From positions 390,104,169 through 390,168,000 of the forward strand of contig OZ024741.1 in the NCBI GenBank assembly GCA_964016885.1: 63,832 nucleotides of DNA, written 5' to 3'. How positions within the stretch are numbered: position 1 is the first letter of the stretch; every line of letters starts with the position of its first letter. The notes under the pieces were generated by a model, which was given only the letters and a program-made list of their open reading frames with translations, ran no database searches and had not been told where the DNA came from. The DNA is from Eledone cirrhosa (taxonomy: Eukaryota). A program made the position numbers and the translations under genes. Shown in pieces: positions 27,408-40,000 of the stretch.

Positions 27408-28040
27408 CTTGCACAAAGCATTTGATTCCTCTTATGCCTGTTTCTCTCTCAGATCATTTATGCTTTGCTGTTCACATATATTACTATTACACATCAATCG
27501 GAGCATGCAAGCTTCATTTCTTTCCAATCTATGCAAGTCTTCTGCACACAGCACCCAGGTCTGACTCCCAGGCAACATTGCTGTTCATTCTCAGGGATAA
27601 TCCTTTTGTTGCCAGCAATGGTACTTTTCCTTGAACTTTTCCACCCCATTCTTACTCTGGCTACTGAACTTTCAGAACACCTACCTCCACTGCTAATTCG
27701 GTCATCCAGGTAGAAGAAGCTATCTACTGTTTCTACTGAGACCTCTCAGAATTTGGTAGTGCTTGTTTCCTGTGTTTGTTTGTTGCTTACTGTCTCGGTG
27801 CAACTGCTACATGTAAAGCCTACATTCTTAGCTAAACTTCCTGAGATCCCACTAAATCTCTTGTGTACCCATAGTTTGTATTTGGGGCAGAGGTTGGAAT
27901 TTCTACATAATGAGCAAGGCCATTTCCCTGAAGGATCTGGGCTCTGTTTTCTCTTCTATTTACTAGGATCTTAGTCTTTGTCAGGTTGACTTTAAGACCC
28001 CTTCTTTCTAAGCGCTGCTTCCATGTTTGGAATTTCTTCT
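27408..28040 (-). mobile_element. Degenerate RTE LINE fragment (PHD-RT family)
   Basis: Aligns by eye to 14480-15150, with indels. Confidence 0.75.
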
Positions 28041-28199
28041 ATAGATATGTATGTGTGTATATATATATATAAATATATTTTATATATATATATATGTATG
28101 TATATATATATACATATACATATATATCTATATACATATATATCTAACCCATGCTAGCATGGAAAATGGACATTAAACGATGATGATGATGATGATATA

Positions 28200-29430
28200 T
28201 ACACCATCATCCATGCGCATCACATGTCCAAACCAATGCAGTCATCTCTCCTGCACACCATCTCGGATTCCTCTTAAACCCAGCTTTTTCCCCAACTCGT
28301 ACAAGCTTTGCTTTTCTCTCATGCTTACATTGTACATCCAATGGAGCATGGTTACTTCATTTCTCTCTAGTCTACACATGTCTTCTGCAGCCACAGCCCA
28401 TGTTTCACTACCATGTAGCACCACATGTCTTCTGCAGCCAGAGCCCATGTAGCACTACATGTCTTCTGCAGCCACAGCCCATGTTTCACTATCTTGTAAC
28501 ACCACGTTTTCTGCAGCCACAGCCCATGTTTCACTACCATGTAACACCACGTCTTCTGCAGCCACAGCCCATGTTTCACTACCATGTAACACCACGTCTT
28601 CTGCAGCCACAGCCCATGTTTCAATATCTTGCAGCATCACATGTCTTCTGCAGCCACAGCCCATGTTTCACTACCATGTAACACCACGTCTTCTGCAGCC
28701 ACAGCCCATGTTTCACTATCTTGTAGCACTACGTCTTCTGCAGCCACAGCCCATGTTTCAATATCTTGCAGCATCACATGTCTTCTGCAGCCACAGCCCA
28801 TGTTTCACTATCTTGCAGCATCACATGTCTTCTGCAGCCACAGCCCATGTTTCACTACCATGTAGCACCACGTCTTCTGCAGCCACAGCCCATGTTTCAC
28901 TACCATGTAGCATCACATTTCGCACACAGGCGTCATACACTCTTCATTTTCTATGTCGGGAGAAACCTTTTGTAGTTAACAGTGGGAGTAGTTCTCTGAA
29001 CTTTTTCCATCCTATCCTTATTCTAGCTATTATACTCTCAGAGCATCCTCCACCATTGTTAATTACATTGCCTAGATAGCAGAAGCTATCAACCATCTCT
29101 ATGGGTCTTTCCTGTGACTGGAATAGGGCTTAAATCAATGGCTATCTTCCCCTCAGTTACTTCTGTGCATCTTCTATAAACAAAGTTTTCCCTTCCTGTT
29201 AATCTACCCAGTATCCCACTTTATCTCGTGTACCCAAGATTTATATTGTGTACATTGTGTGGAGTTTATGCCTATTCCCTTTCTACATATTGAGCAGGGC
29301 CACTTCCCTGAAGGAATCAGGGTCCTCTCTTCTCTCCCACTCACCAGCAGTTTAGTTTTGGCTAAGTTTACTCTCAGGCCTTTTGATTCTAAATTCTGTT
29401 TCCATAGTCAGAACTTATTTTCTAGATCTT
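28200..29430 (-). mobile_element. Degenerate RTE LINE fragment containing an internal minisatellite
   Basis: RLERNE..MLHWM and LHGSETWA peptides; ..SGKWPCSIC region near 29300. Confidence 0.8.
28376..28915. repeat. Minisatellite, 12 copies of a 45-47-bp unit derived from LINE coding sequence
   Basis: CTGCAGCCA recurs at 28385, 28432, 28466, 28511, 28556, 28601, 28648, 28693, 28738, 28785, 28832 and 28877. Confidence 0.95.
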
Positions 29431-29447
29431 AAATGGATTATCTACCC

Positions 29448-29964
29448 CAGGGGTGCGCAACATATTCCACTGGCAGGCCACTTTTGAACTTTGGAACAAC
29501 TATTAGCGCCATTAATATTTATTAGGCGGTGGATTGGCAGTATCGGTAGAGGGTCGGACGCCATGCTTTCCAGCATAGTTACGTCCCTTTACGATCTGAG
29601 TTCAAATCCCGCCGAGGTTGACTTTGCCTTTCATCCTTACGGGGTCGATAAAATAAAGTACCAGTAATGCACTGGGTAATTGCTGGCCTTGTGCCAAAAG
29701 TAGAAACAATTAATATTTATTAAGCACTATTCCAAAGATTCACCACAACTTCTTTCCATAACACCGAACTAGGAAATTATAACACACATAACCCTATCAG
29801 TGAAGCCCTTTAGTATAGGCCAACTAATAGAAAATTGTTTTACAGTTATGAAAAAAATTCTAAATAAGCCTACAAGGTAAAAATTAAAAACGGTTATCGT
29901 GGGCCACTCTGACTGTTCTGGCGGGCCGGATTGTGGCCTGCGGGCCGTCTATTGTAAGCTCCTG
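29448..29964. mobile_element. hAT (Charlie-like) MITE with a nested SINE
   Basis: Ends CAGGGGTG...CTCCTG; subterminal GCGGGCC motifs; 8-bp TSD ATCTACCC/ATCTACCT. Confidence 0.7.
29525..29708 (+). mobile_element. tRNA-derived SINE (family 2, Deu/Nin-like core)
   Basis: TGGCAGTATCGG A-box-like motif, GTTCAAATCC B box, core GCCTTTCATCCTTACGGGGTCGATAAAATAAAGTACCAG; TSD ATTAATATTTATTA. Confidence 0.88.
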
Positions 29965-30010
29965 ATCTACCTAATATATATATACTTAATTACTTAACAC
30001 ATCTCTCTAA

Positions 30011-30166
<156 letters not shown>

Positions 30167-31156
30167 TAAGTTACCATATATACTCGTATATAAGCTGAGA
30201 AATATATGGCAAAAAAATCGATGGTAAAATGGGTGGGTTAGCTTATATTCGAGGTCAATATTTTGCTGATTTTCACAAACTTCAAATTCTATGTAAATAA
30301 AGTGTTAAAATATCTGGAGTGATTATTTTATAATGAAACATTATTTTTCTACATTTCCTATATCGCCAGGAGTTTTATTTATGCATTGCCTAGAGAACAT
30401 TCCTCTAAAATTTTATTTGAACTTTTTAATACATAAATGTCCCATACACATACATGCTTACATGTATGCACACGCAGAGATACACGCAGGCACACATGCG
30501 CTGTCTGTTTTTCTCTGTGATTTAAAAATTATACTTTCAATCTTACTTCTGTCTTGTATTACTCTCACTCTTTCTCCCTTCTCTCAACCTCTTTTTTCTT
30601 GCTCCGTCTCTCTCTCTCTCTCTCTCTCATGTTTGTTGTGTCTCCCTCCCCCCTTCTACTCTGAATCCTTCTACAATGTTCTCTTAGATGATCTCATTCT
30701 TTCAACTATTCACTATTTATTATGCCTCCCTACATAGTTTTCAGTCTTCCCCTAGTGTTTTTAATGATCTCTATAATGGTAAAGAAAATTTTTAAATGAT
30801 ATTTTAAACTCAAAATATATCCCTATGAGGTAAAAGAGTAAACTAATAATGTTTCACAATTTAGTGATTTTCCAGTAATAATCTGGCTGGTTTATAGTAA
30901 TTTAACCAGCTTAGATGGTTTTAAAAAATTGAACTGAGTGTACTAATGAACCAATAAAGAAAAAAAACATTGTTTTTTTCAAAATTACACCAGTTTTGAA
31001 TATTGAATTTTTTAGTTAACTAAATCTACCTAAAGCCTTAATACTACTCATCATCAACATCATCATCTTCGTTTAACGTTCATTTTCCACACTAGCATGG
31101 GTTAGATGGGAGTTGTCCCACTTGAGGCAAGGTTGGTCGGGTGACCGTGTCTCGCT

Positions 31157-31903
31157 CAGTATATTTTGTATAAAATCAGTTAGAAATAGGAGTCAAATCT
31201 GTTATCTGAAGCTGAAAAGTCCCACATTGAGCTTGTATGTATTCTTAAGTTGTATAAAGTATTCTTCCCAGAAAGTCAATGAAACGGCAGCTAGACACTG
31301 AGATGATAATCGTTGATCAGCTAATCCTATAACCACTCAGCAAATCTTTCATTTGCACTCTGGATGAAATAAAACACAAAAGAGAAGTTGTTAATTTCTA
31401 TTAACCCTTAACATCCTGAAAGAGCACCTAGTCCACTCTGGAAAGTGGTTGTGCAACTGACACGACAAAAAGCACACCAAGTCCACTCTGTAAAGTGGTC
31501 CTTTTACTACCACAACAAAAAGTACCCAGTCTACACTGTAAATATAGTTGGTGTTAGGAAGGGCATCTAGCCATAGAAACCAAGCCAGAAACAGCTCTGT
31601 GTGAGCAAGACACGGTCATCCGGTTTGACTTGCCTCACAAAGAGATAACTCATATAACCCATGCTAGCATGGAAAAATGGATGTTAAATAGTGATGATGA
31701 TAATGATCCTATAATGATTTAGCAGAAAATATATAAAAACAGGTTTGTTGTTAATTTAAATATTTATAATATCTTTACTAGTGGACAGATTGTAAAAATT
31801 TGCAATAAATTAAAATAAAAACTTTAATTTCTAATATGTAGTACATAGTGTGCAGGAGAGGAGACTGCATTGGTATGGACATGTGATGCACATGGATGAT
31901 GAT
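31157..31903 (+). repeat. Copy 1 of a ~750-bp direct duplication
   Basis: Near-identical to 32506-33270; lacks ~19 bp present in copy 2. Confidence 0.93.
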
Positions 31904-32369
31904 TCTACGGCTGGATGCCCTTCCTAACACCAATCACATTTACAGTGTGGAACTGGGAACTTTTTACCATGTTACCTACACGGCCACATTACAGCGTGGA
32001 CTGTGTTTTTTTTGTTGTGACACCTACACGATCTCGCAATGTTTAATTGTTTCCAAGTGTTTTAAGGGATGCATTTCATTTGATGTGTATATTCTAGCTA
32101 CTATGATCTCGGAGCACCCTCCTCCACTGATAATTATATCATCTAGGTAGCAGAAACTATCAACCACATCTATGGATCTTACCTGGGATTGTAAAAGGTT
32201 TATACTGCTCTTATTTATTTTTTAATTTAAAATAGGCACTTTGCTGTAAGGTTTCACACAGAAAGTCAGTTTTATGATATAAGGACATTTTGACTCAGTT
32301 TATGGCAAATTTCGATAATTTTTAGTAACTTATTTATTCTGTGTTGTATATTTATTATATTCTCTGCAG

Positions 32370-32478
32370 TGGTATTAATGTCAACTTCAAGCACAACCTT
32401 ATTGAAGTACGACCAGAAACTGGAGAAGCAATTTTTAAAAAATTGGACAGTGAAAAGGATGAAACAGTTTCTTTTAAA
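32370..32478 (+). CDS. SQOR: SQOR coding exon (GINVNFKHNLIEVRPETGEAIFKKLDSEKDETVSFK)
   Basis: CTCTGCAG acceptor, GTAAGT donor; NLIEVR motif; 1+108 nt fits the phases. Confidence 0.92.
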
Positions 32479-32505
32479 GTAAGTGAATTTATTTGTAACA
32501 CAAAC

Positions 32506-33270
32506 AGTATATTTTGTATAAAATCAGCTAGAAATAGGAGTCAAATCTGTTATCTGAAGCTGAAAAGTCCCACATTGAGCTTGTATGTATTCTTAAGTTG
32601 TATAAAGTATTCTTCCCAGAAAGTCAATGAAACGGCAGCTAGACACTGAGATGATAATCGTTGATCAGATAATCCTATAACCACTCAGCAAATCTTTCAT
32701 TTGCACTCTGGATGAAATAAAACACAAAAGATATGGTTAATTCCCTAGAGAAGTTGTTAATTTCTATTAACCCTTAACATCCTGAAAGAGCACCTAGTCC
32801 ACTCTGGAAAGTGGTTGTGCAACTGACACGACAAAAAGCACACCAAGTCCACCCTGTAAAGTGGTCCTTTTACTACCACAACAAAAAGTACCCAGTCTAC
32901 ACTGTAAATGTAGTTGGTGTTAGGAAGGGCATCTAGCCATAGAAACCAAGCCAGAAACAGCTCTGTGTGAGCAAGACACAGTTATCCGGTTTGACTTGCC
33001 TCACAAAGAGATAACTCATATAACCCATGCTAGCATGGAAAAATGGATGTTAAATAGTGATGATGATAATGATCCTATAATGATTTAGCAGAAAATATAT
33101 AAAAACAGGTTTGTTGTTAATTTAAATATTTATAATATCTTTACTAGTGGACAGATTGTAAAAATTTGCAATAAATTAAAATAAAAACTTTAATTTCTAA
33201 TATGTAGTACATAGTGTGCAGGAGAGGAGACTGCATTGGTATGGACATGTGATGCACATGGATGATGATT
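32506..33270 (+). repeat. Copy 2 (probable donor) of the ~750-bp direct duplication
   Basis: Its 3' end continues seamlessly into an RTE 3' fragment (33215-33490). Confidence 0.93.
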
Positions 33271-33594
33271 GTTGGGTGTAGTAGTGCCAAATAATCCCAG
33301 TGGAAGGAAGCTGCAGTAGAGGAAGACCAAAAAGACCTGGATGGAATTGGTGAGAGTTGGTCTCAGATTGCTAAAGCTCACGAAGGAGAGGGCAAAGGAA
33401 CGCAACAAGTGGACAGATGCTGTACAGAGAAGGGTCTGTCCAACCATGCAAGCGTGGATCAATGGACATAAAATGATGATGATGATGATGATATTATTCA
33501 GTCATAGTGCCGTTTTGTATTTTTCAAGAATGTTTTGCTAATGCAGTTTCATGAGGTACAGTTAAAGAAAAGAAAGACTGCAATGATGAAATAA

Positions 33595-33834
<240 letters not shown>

Positions 33835-34894
33835 TAGTGTATTTCTATTTGGAGGTTGCAAATTGGTAGAGTCGTTAGAACTTTGCAGTATTCCGTTCAG
33901 TTCTCTATTCTCTGAGTTTAAATCCCACCAAGGTCAACTTTGCCTTTCATCAATTCGAGGTTGATAAAAAAAAAAGTACCAGTCTATTACTAGGATTGAT
34001 TCTTCCTCTATATCTCTTTCTCACTTTCATTCCGTCACTTTCTATCCTTCTCTGGAAGAAACTTGCTGTATTCAGGCTTGGAGAGATGGGCTCAACCAGG
34101 ATGAAAAATGTCCCCCAGGAGTTACAGGATCATACATGCATTTCCTTTTAAGGAAATAAAAAGACCATTATTATGATTGTATATATTTTTAAAATTACAT
34201 TTTACGTGTTTTTACACCTGTCACGTGAACGATTTGTAAAGAAGTGGATAAAATACTCTTGAGATGTTTAGTTGTATCCCATTACATTCTGAATTTAAAT
34301 TCTTCTAGCATCAACAGTGCCTTTCATCTTTTTGTAGTCAATAAAATAAGCAGCAGTCATGTAGGTGTGTGGCTTAGGGGTTAGAGAATTGGATTTGCAA
34401 ATTCACAGTTACAAGATTGATTTCAGGACCGGATGACGTGTTATGTCCTTGAGCAAGACACTTTATTTCACATTGCTCTTTCTGCCAGGAGTTGTGACTG
34501 ATAGATAGTATCAACAATGTAAAGTCCAATGGAAACAATGTTTCCTAGGTCTGATTTGATGAGTTCCACCCCACTCATCAAGCAAATGAGATGTACGACC
34601 TGGTCGATTGATTAAAAAAATACTAATTTCTCTGAAATACATGGCTTTGTCCCTATATTGCCAGTCCATTTAGCTCAGTGACTAAAGCTTGGAATTGTAG
34701 GTTTGATCCTCTTATTAGGTGGTGACTTGGTGAAATTGGTAGAGCATTGAATATATTCTAAGTTTGGTAGTTTTTACCTTTCATCCTTCATTGATAGTCT
34801 CCTTATGATTGAGGCTGACCATGGAACATTCCTTTCCTAGGCACAGGCATAGACAAGGCTTTAATATGGAATTATTATCATTATTAGAGTAACA

Positions 34895-35200
34895 GGGCGG
34901 TGGATTGGCAGTATCGGTAGAGGGTCGGACGCCATGCTTTCCAGCATAGTTACGTCCCTTTACGATCTGAGTTCAAATCCCGCCGAGGTTGACTTTGCCT
35001 TTCATCCTTACGGGGTCGATAAAATAAAGTACCAGTAATGTACTGGGTAATTGCTGGCCTTGTGCCTAAAGTAGAAATAACTATTAGAGTAACTTTGCCT
35101 TTCATCCTTACGGGGGTCGATAAAATAAAGTACCAGTAATGCACTGGGTAATTGCTGGCCTTGTGCAATTGCTGGCCTTGTGCCAAAAGTAGAAACAATT
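34895..35200 (+). mobile_element. SINE family 2 with tandemly duplicated 3' half
   Basis: Full copy 34895-35080 followed by a second core 35090-35200; ATTAGAG repeated at the junctions. Confidence 0.85.
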
Positions 35201-35560
35201 ATTAGAGATTAAGTGTGGACATCAGTAACTGTTCTTCCTCACAGCTTTAGACATGTTGACTGATCCATCAGGTTGTAACAAAAGTTCTGACCATTGTTTA
35301 AGGCGAAATAAAACAAAGTATTTATTATATGTGACAGTTTTTTTTGTCAATTTCTCTCTCTTCCCCTGCTCCCTGTATTTGTTTAGCTAGCTAAAGAATG
35401 GGTTAGTGTTCTAACAACATGAAGAACAATTAACCACTTTCTCCCCCCTCTCTCTCTTTATATATATGTATGAGATTTATATGTGATATAAACTGTGTTG
35501 AATAAATCTGTACATATACGCTATATATATATAGATATAGATATAGATATATATAGATAT

Positions 35561-35906
35561 AGGCACATGGCTTAGTGGTTAGAGCATTGGCCTTGCAATC
35601 GAAAGATTGTGAGTTCAATTCTCAGACCAGGTGATGTGTTGTTTCCTTGAGCAAGACACTTTATCTCACATTGCTCCAGTTTACTCAGCTGTAGAAATGA
35701 GATGATAGGGACTGGGCTCCCTATCATTCCACTGTAAAGTGGACGTGCAGGTGCCACGCCAAAAAAGTACCCAGTACTCACTGTAAATGAGGTTGGTGTT
35801 AGGAAGTGCATCCAGCTATAGAAATCAACCCAGAATCAGTTCCCGTCCCACCCTTGCAAGCAGGGAAAAAGCGGACGTAAAATGAAATGATGATGATGAT
35901 GATGAT
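35561..35906 (+). mobile_element. SINE family 1
   Basis: Near-identical to 25125-25458. Confidence 0.88.
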
Positions 35907-36323
35907 GTATGTGATTTGTATGTGATATAAAGTGTGTTGAATAAATATGTACATATACGCCATTTTTCTTCTCACTTCCCTCACACCCGCCCCACCTCCA
36001 CCACTTTCGGTATACATACCCGACGCTGTATGATAACCACTCCCTTGTGAATATATCATAGAACAGACAAGGGGTGGATGGAGGCTCCGTAAGCCGTCTA
36101 GGAGAGCTACCACTCCGAATAAATTGGGGCAGGGTAGAGAAGTCCCCTAAGTCCAGTAAGACAACTTCAAAGGCACCCAGTCCATGCTGTAAAAATGGAG
36201 GGGTGGATAGGGCCCCTGAGCCTAGTAAGACATCCTCTCTATTGCTGGTGGCATGAATAAAAGCACTCAGTCCATGCTGTAAAGTGGTACTGGTGTTAGG
36301 AAGGGCATCCAACCAGTATATAT

Positions 36324-36624
36324 AGCTGGATGCCCTTCCTAACACCAACCTCATTGACAGTGAGTGCTGAGTGCTATTTTTCCATGGCGCCTACACGCCC
36401 ACTTTACAGTGTGGGCTGGGTGCTTTTTGCCATGGCACCTCCATGACCACTTTGCAGTGGAATGATAGGGACCCCAGTCCCTATCATCTCATTTCTACAG
36501 CTGAGTAAACTGGAGCAATATGAAATAAAGTGTCTTGCTCAAGGAAACAACACATCACTTGGTCTGAGAATTGAACTCACAACCTTTCGATTGCAAGGCT
36601 CTAACCACTAAGCCGTGTGCCTCC
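36324..36624 (-). mobile_element. SINE family 1, 3'-truncated
   Basis: Reverse complement of the family 1 head and body. Confidence 0.85.
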
Positions 36625-36661
36625 ACACACACACACACACACACACACATACATATATATA

Positions 36662-36996
36662 TCATCATCATCATCATCATTTCATTTTACGTCCACTTTT
36701 CCCTGCTTGCAAGGGTGGGACGGGAACTGATTCTGGCTTGATTTCTACAGCTGGATGCCCTTCCTAACACCAACCTCATTTACAGTGAGTGCTGGGTGCT
36801 TTTTTGCCACGACCACTTTACAGTGGAATGATAGGGAGCCCAGTCCCTATCATCTCATTTCTACAGCTGAGTAAACTGGAGCAATGTGAAATAAAGTGTC
36901 TTGCTCAAGGAAACAACACATCACCCGGTCTGAGAATTGAACTCACAAACTTTCGATTGCAAGGCCAATGCTCTAACCACTAAGCCATGTGCCTCC
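36662..36996 (-). mobile_element. SINE family 1
   Basis: Full reverse-complement copy with (CAT)n tail on +. Confidence 0.88.
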
Positions 36997-37015
36997 ATAT
37001 ATATATATATATGTG

Positions 37016-37045
<30 letters not shown>

Positions 37046-37049
<4 letters not shown>

Positions 37050-40000
37050 CACTTCTTTAAGGCTTACTACCCTGTCTTTAACCTAATTCATTCAATCTGA
37101 AAATATTGAAGAGATAAGACACTTTCCCATTCTTCTCTGCTAAAATGTATCACTAGAGCTGATTCCAATTTTTCCAGCCATCCATCTAATCTACGAAGGT
37201 ATTTTAGCCTACATATTGTCGTTAATATTATGATGTTCCCTGCTGTATTAGCGTTAAATTTTCCCTGCTGTATTAGCGATAAATTTTCGAGGGTTTCTCT
37301 TAGTAGTTTTTCATGACGTTATTATTGTTAATTTTACTGATGTAGTATTAACTTATTAACTTGGATATTTACCATGCGGTATTCTAATCCTATTGTATCT
37401 CTCTCAGTTATTTACCATGCGACCCTCAGTTCCTACCCCCCCCTCTCTATGCACTTCTTTAAGGCTTACTACCCTGTCTTTAACCTAATTCATTCAATCT
37501 GAAAATATTGAAGAGATAAGACACTTTCCCATTCTTCTCTGCTAAAATGTATCACTAGAGCTGATTCCAATTTTTCCAGCCATCCATCTAATCTACGAAG
37601 GTATTTTAGCCTACATATTGTCGTTAATATTATGATGTTCCCTGCTGTATTAGCGTTAAATTTTCCCTGCTGTATTAGCGATAAATTTTCGAGGGTTTCT
37701 CTTAGTAGTTTTTCATGACGTTATTATTGTTAATTTTACTGATGTAGTATTAACTTATTAACTTGGATATTTACCATGCGGTATTCTAATCCTATTGTAT
37801 CTCTCTCAGTTATTTACCATGCGACCCTCAGTTCCCCCCCCCTCTATGCACTTCTTTAAGGCTTACTACCCTGTCTTTAACCTAATTCATTCAATCTGAA
37901 AATATTGAAGAGATAAGACACTTTCCCATTCTTCTCTGCTAAAATGTATCACTAGAGCTGATTCCAATTTTTCCAGCCATCCATCTAATCTACGAAGGTA
38001 TTTTAGCCTACATATTGTCGTTAATATTATGATGTTCCCTGCTGTATTAGCGTTAAATTTTCCCTGCTGTATTAGCGATAAATTTTCGAGGGTTTCTCTT
38101 AGTAGTTTTTCATGACGTTATTATTGTTAATTTTACTGATGTAGTATTAACTTATTAACTTGGATATTTAACATGCGGTATTCTAATCCTATTGTATCTC
38201 TCTCAGTTATTTACCATGCGACCCTCAGTCCCCCCCTCTCTATGCACTTCTTTAAGGCTTACTACCCTGTCTTTAACCTAATTCATTCAATCTGAAAATA
38301 TTGAAGAGATAAGACACTTTCCCATTCTTCTCTGCTAAAATGTATCACTAGAGCTGATTCCAATTTTTCCAGCCATCCATCTAATCTACGAAGGTATTTT
38401 AGCCTACATATTGTCGTTAATATTATGATGTTCCCTGCTGTATTAGCGTTAAATTTTCCCTGCTGTATTAGCGATAAATTTTCGAGGGTTTCTCTTAGTA
38501 GTTTTTCATGACGTTATTATTGTTAATTTTACTGATGTAGTATTAACTTATTAACTTGGATATTTACCATGCGGTATTCTAATCCTATTGTATCTCTCTC
38601 AGTTATTTACCATGCGACCCTCAGTTCCTACCCCCCCCTCTCTATGCACTTCTTTAAGGCTTACTACCCTGTCTTTAACCTAATTCATTCAATCTGAAAA
38701 TATTGAAGAGATAAGACACTTTCCCATTCTTCTCTGCTAAAATGTATCACTAGAGCTGATTCCAATTTTTCCAGCCATCCATCTAATCTACGAAGGTATT
38801 TTAGCCTACATATTGTCGTTAATATTATGATGTTCCCTGCTGTATTAGCGTTAAATTTTCCCTGCTGTATTAGCGATAAATTTTCGAGGGTTTCTCTTAG
38901 TAGTTTTTCATGACGTTATTATTGTTAATTTTACTGATGTAGTATTAACTTATTAACTTGGATATTTACCATGCGGTATTCTAATCCTATTGTATCTCTC
39001 TCAGTTATTTACCATGCGACCCTCAGTTCCTACCCCCCCCCTCTCTATGCACTTCTTTAAGGCTTACTACCCTGTCTTTAACCTAATTCATTCAATCTGA
39101 AAATATTGAAGAGATAAGACACTTTCCCATTCTTCTCTGCTAAAATGTATCACTAGAGCTGATTCCAATTTTTCCAGCCATCCATCTAATCTACGAAGGT
39201 ATTTTAGCCTACATATTGTCGTTAATATTATGATGTTCCCTGCTGTATTAGCGTTAAATTTTCCCTGCTGTATTAGCGATAAATTTTCGAGGGTTTCTCT
39301 TAGTAGTTTTTCATGACGTTATTATTGTTAATTTTACTGATGTAGTATTAACTTATTAACTTGGATATTTACCATGCGGTATTCTAATCCTATTGTATCT
39401 CTCTCAGTTATTTACCATGCGACCCTCAGTTCCTACCCCCCCTCTCTATGCACTTCTTTAAGGCTTACTACCCTGTCTTTAACCTAATTCATTCAATCTG
39501 AAAATATTGAAGAGATAAGACACTTTCCCATTCTTCTCTGCTAAAATGTATCACTAGAGCTGATTCCAATTTTTCCAGCCATCCATCTAATCTACGAAGG
39601 TATTTTAGCCTACATATTGTCGTTAATATTATGATGTTCCCTGCTGTATTAGCGTTAAATTTTCCCTGCTGTATTAGCGATAAATTTTCGAGGGTTTCTC
39701 TTAGTAGTTTTTCATGACGTTATTATTGTTAATTTTACTGATGTAGTATTAACTTATTAACTTGGATATTTACCATGCGGTATTCTAATCCTATTGTATC
39801 TCTCTCAGTTATTTACCATGCGACCCTCAGTTCCTACCCCCCCCCCCTCTCTATGCACTTCTTTAAGGCTTACTACCCTGTCTTTAACCTAATTCATTCA
39901 ATCTGAAAATATTGAAGAGATAAGACACTTTCCCATTCTTCTCTGCTAAAATGTATCACTAGAGCTGATTCCAATTTTTCCAGCCATCCATCTAATCTAC

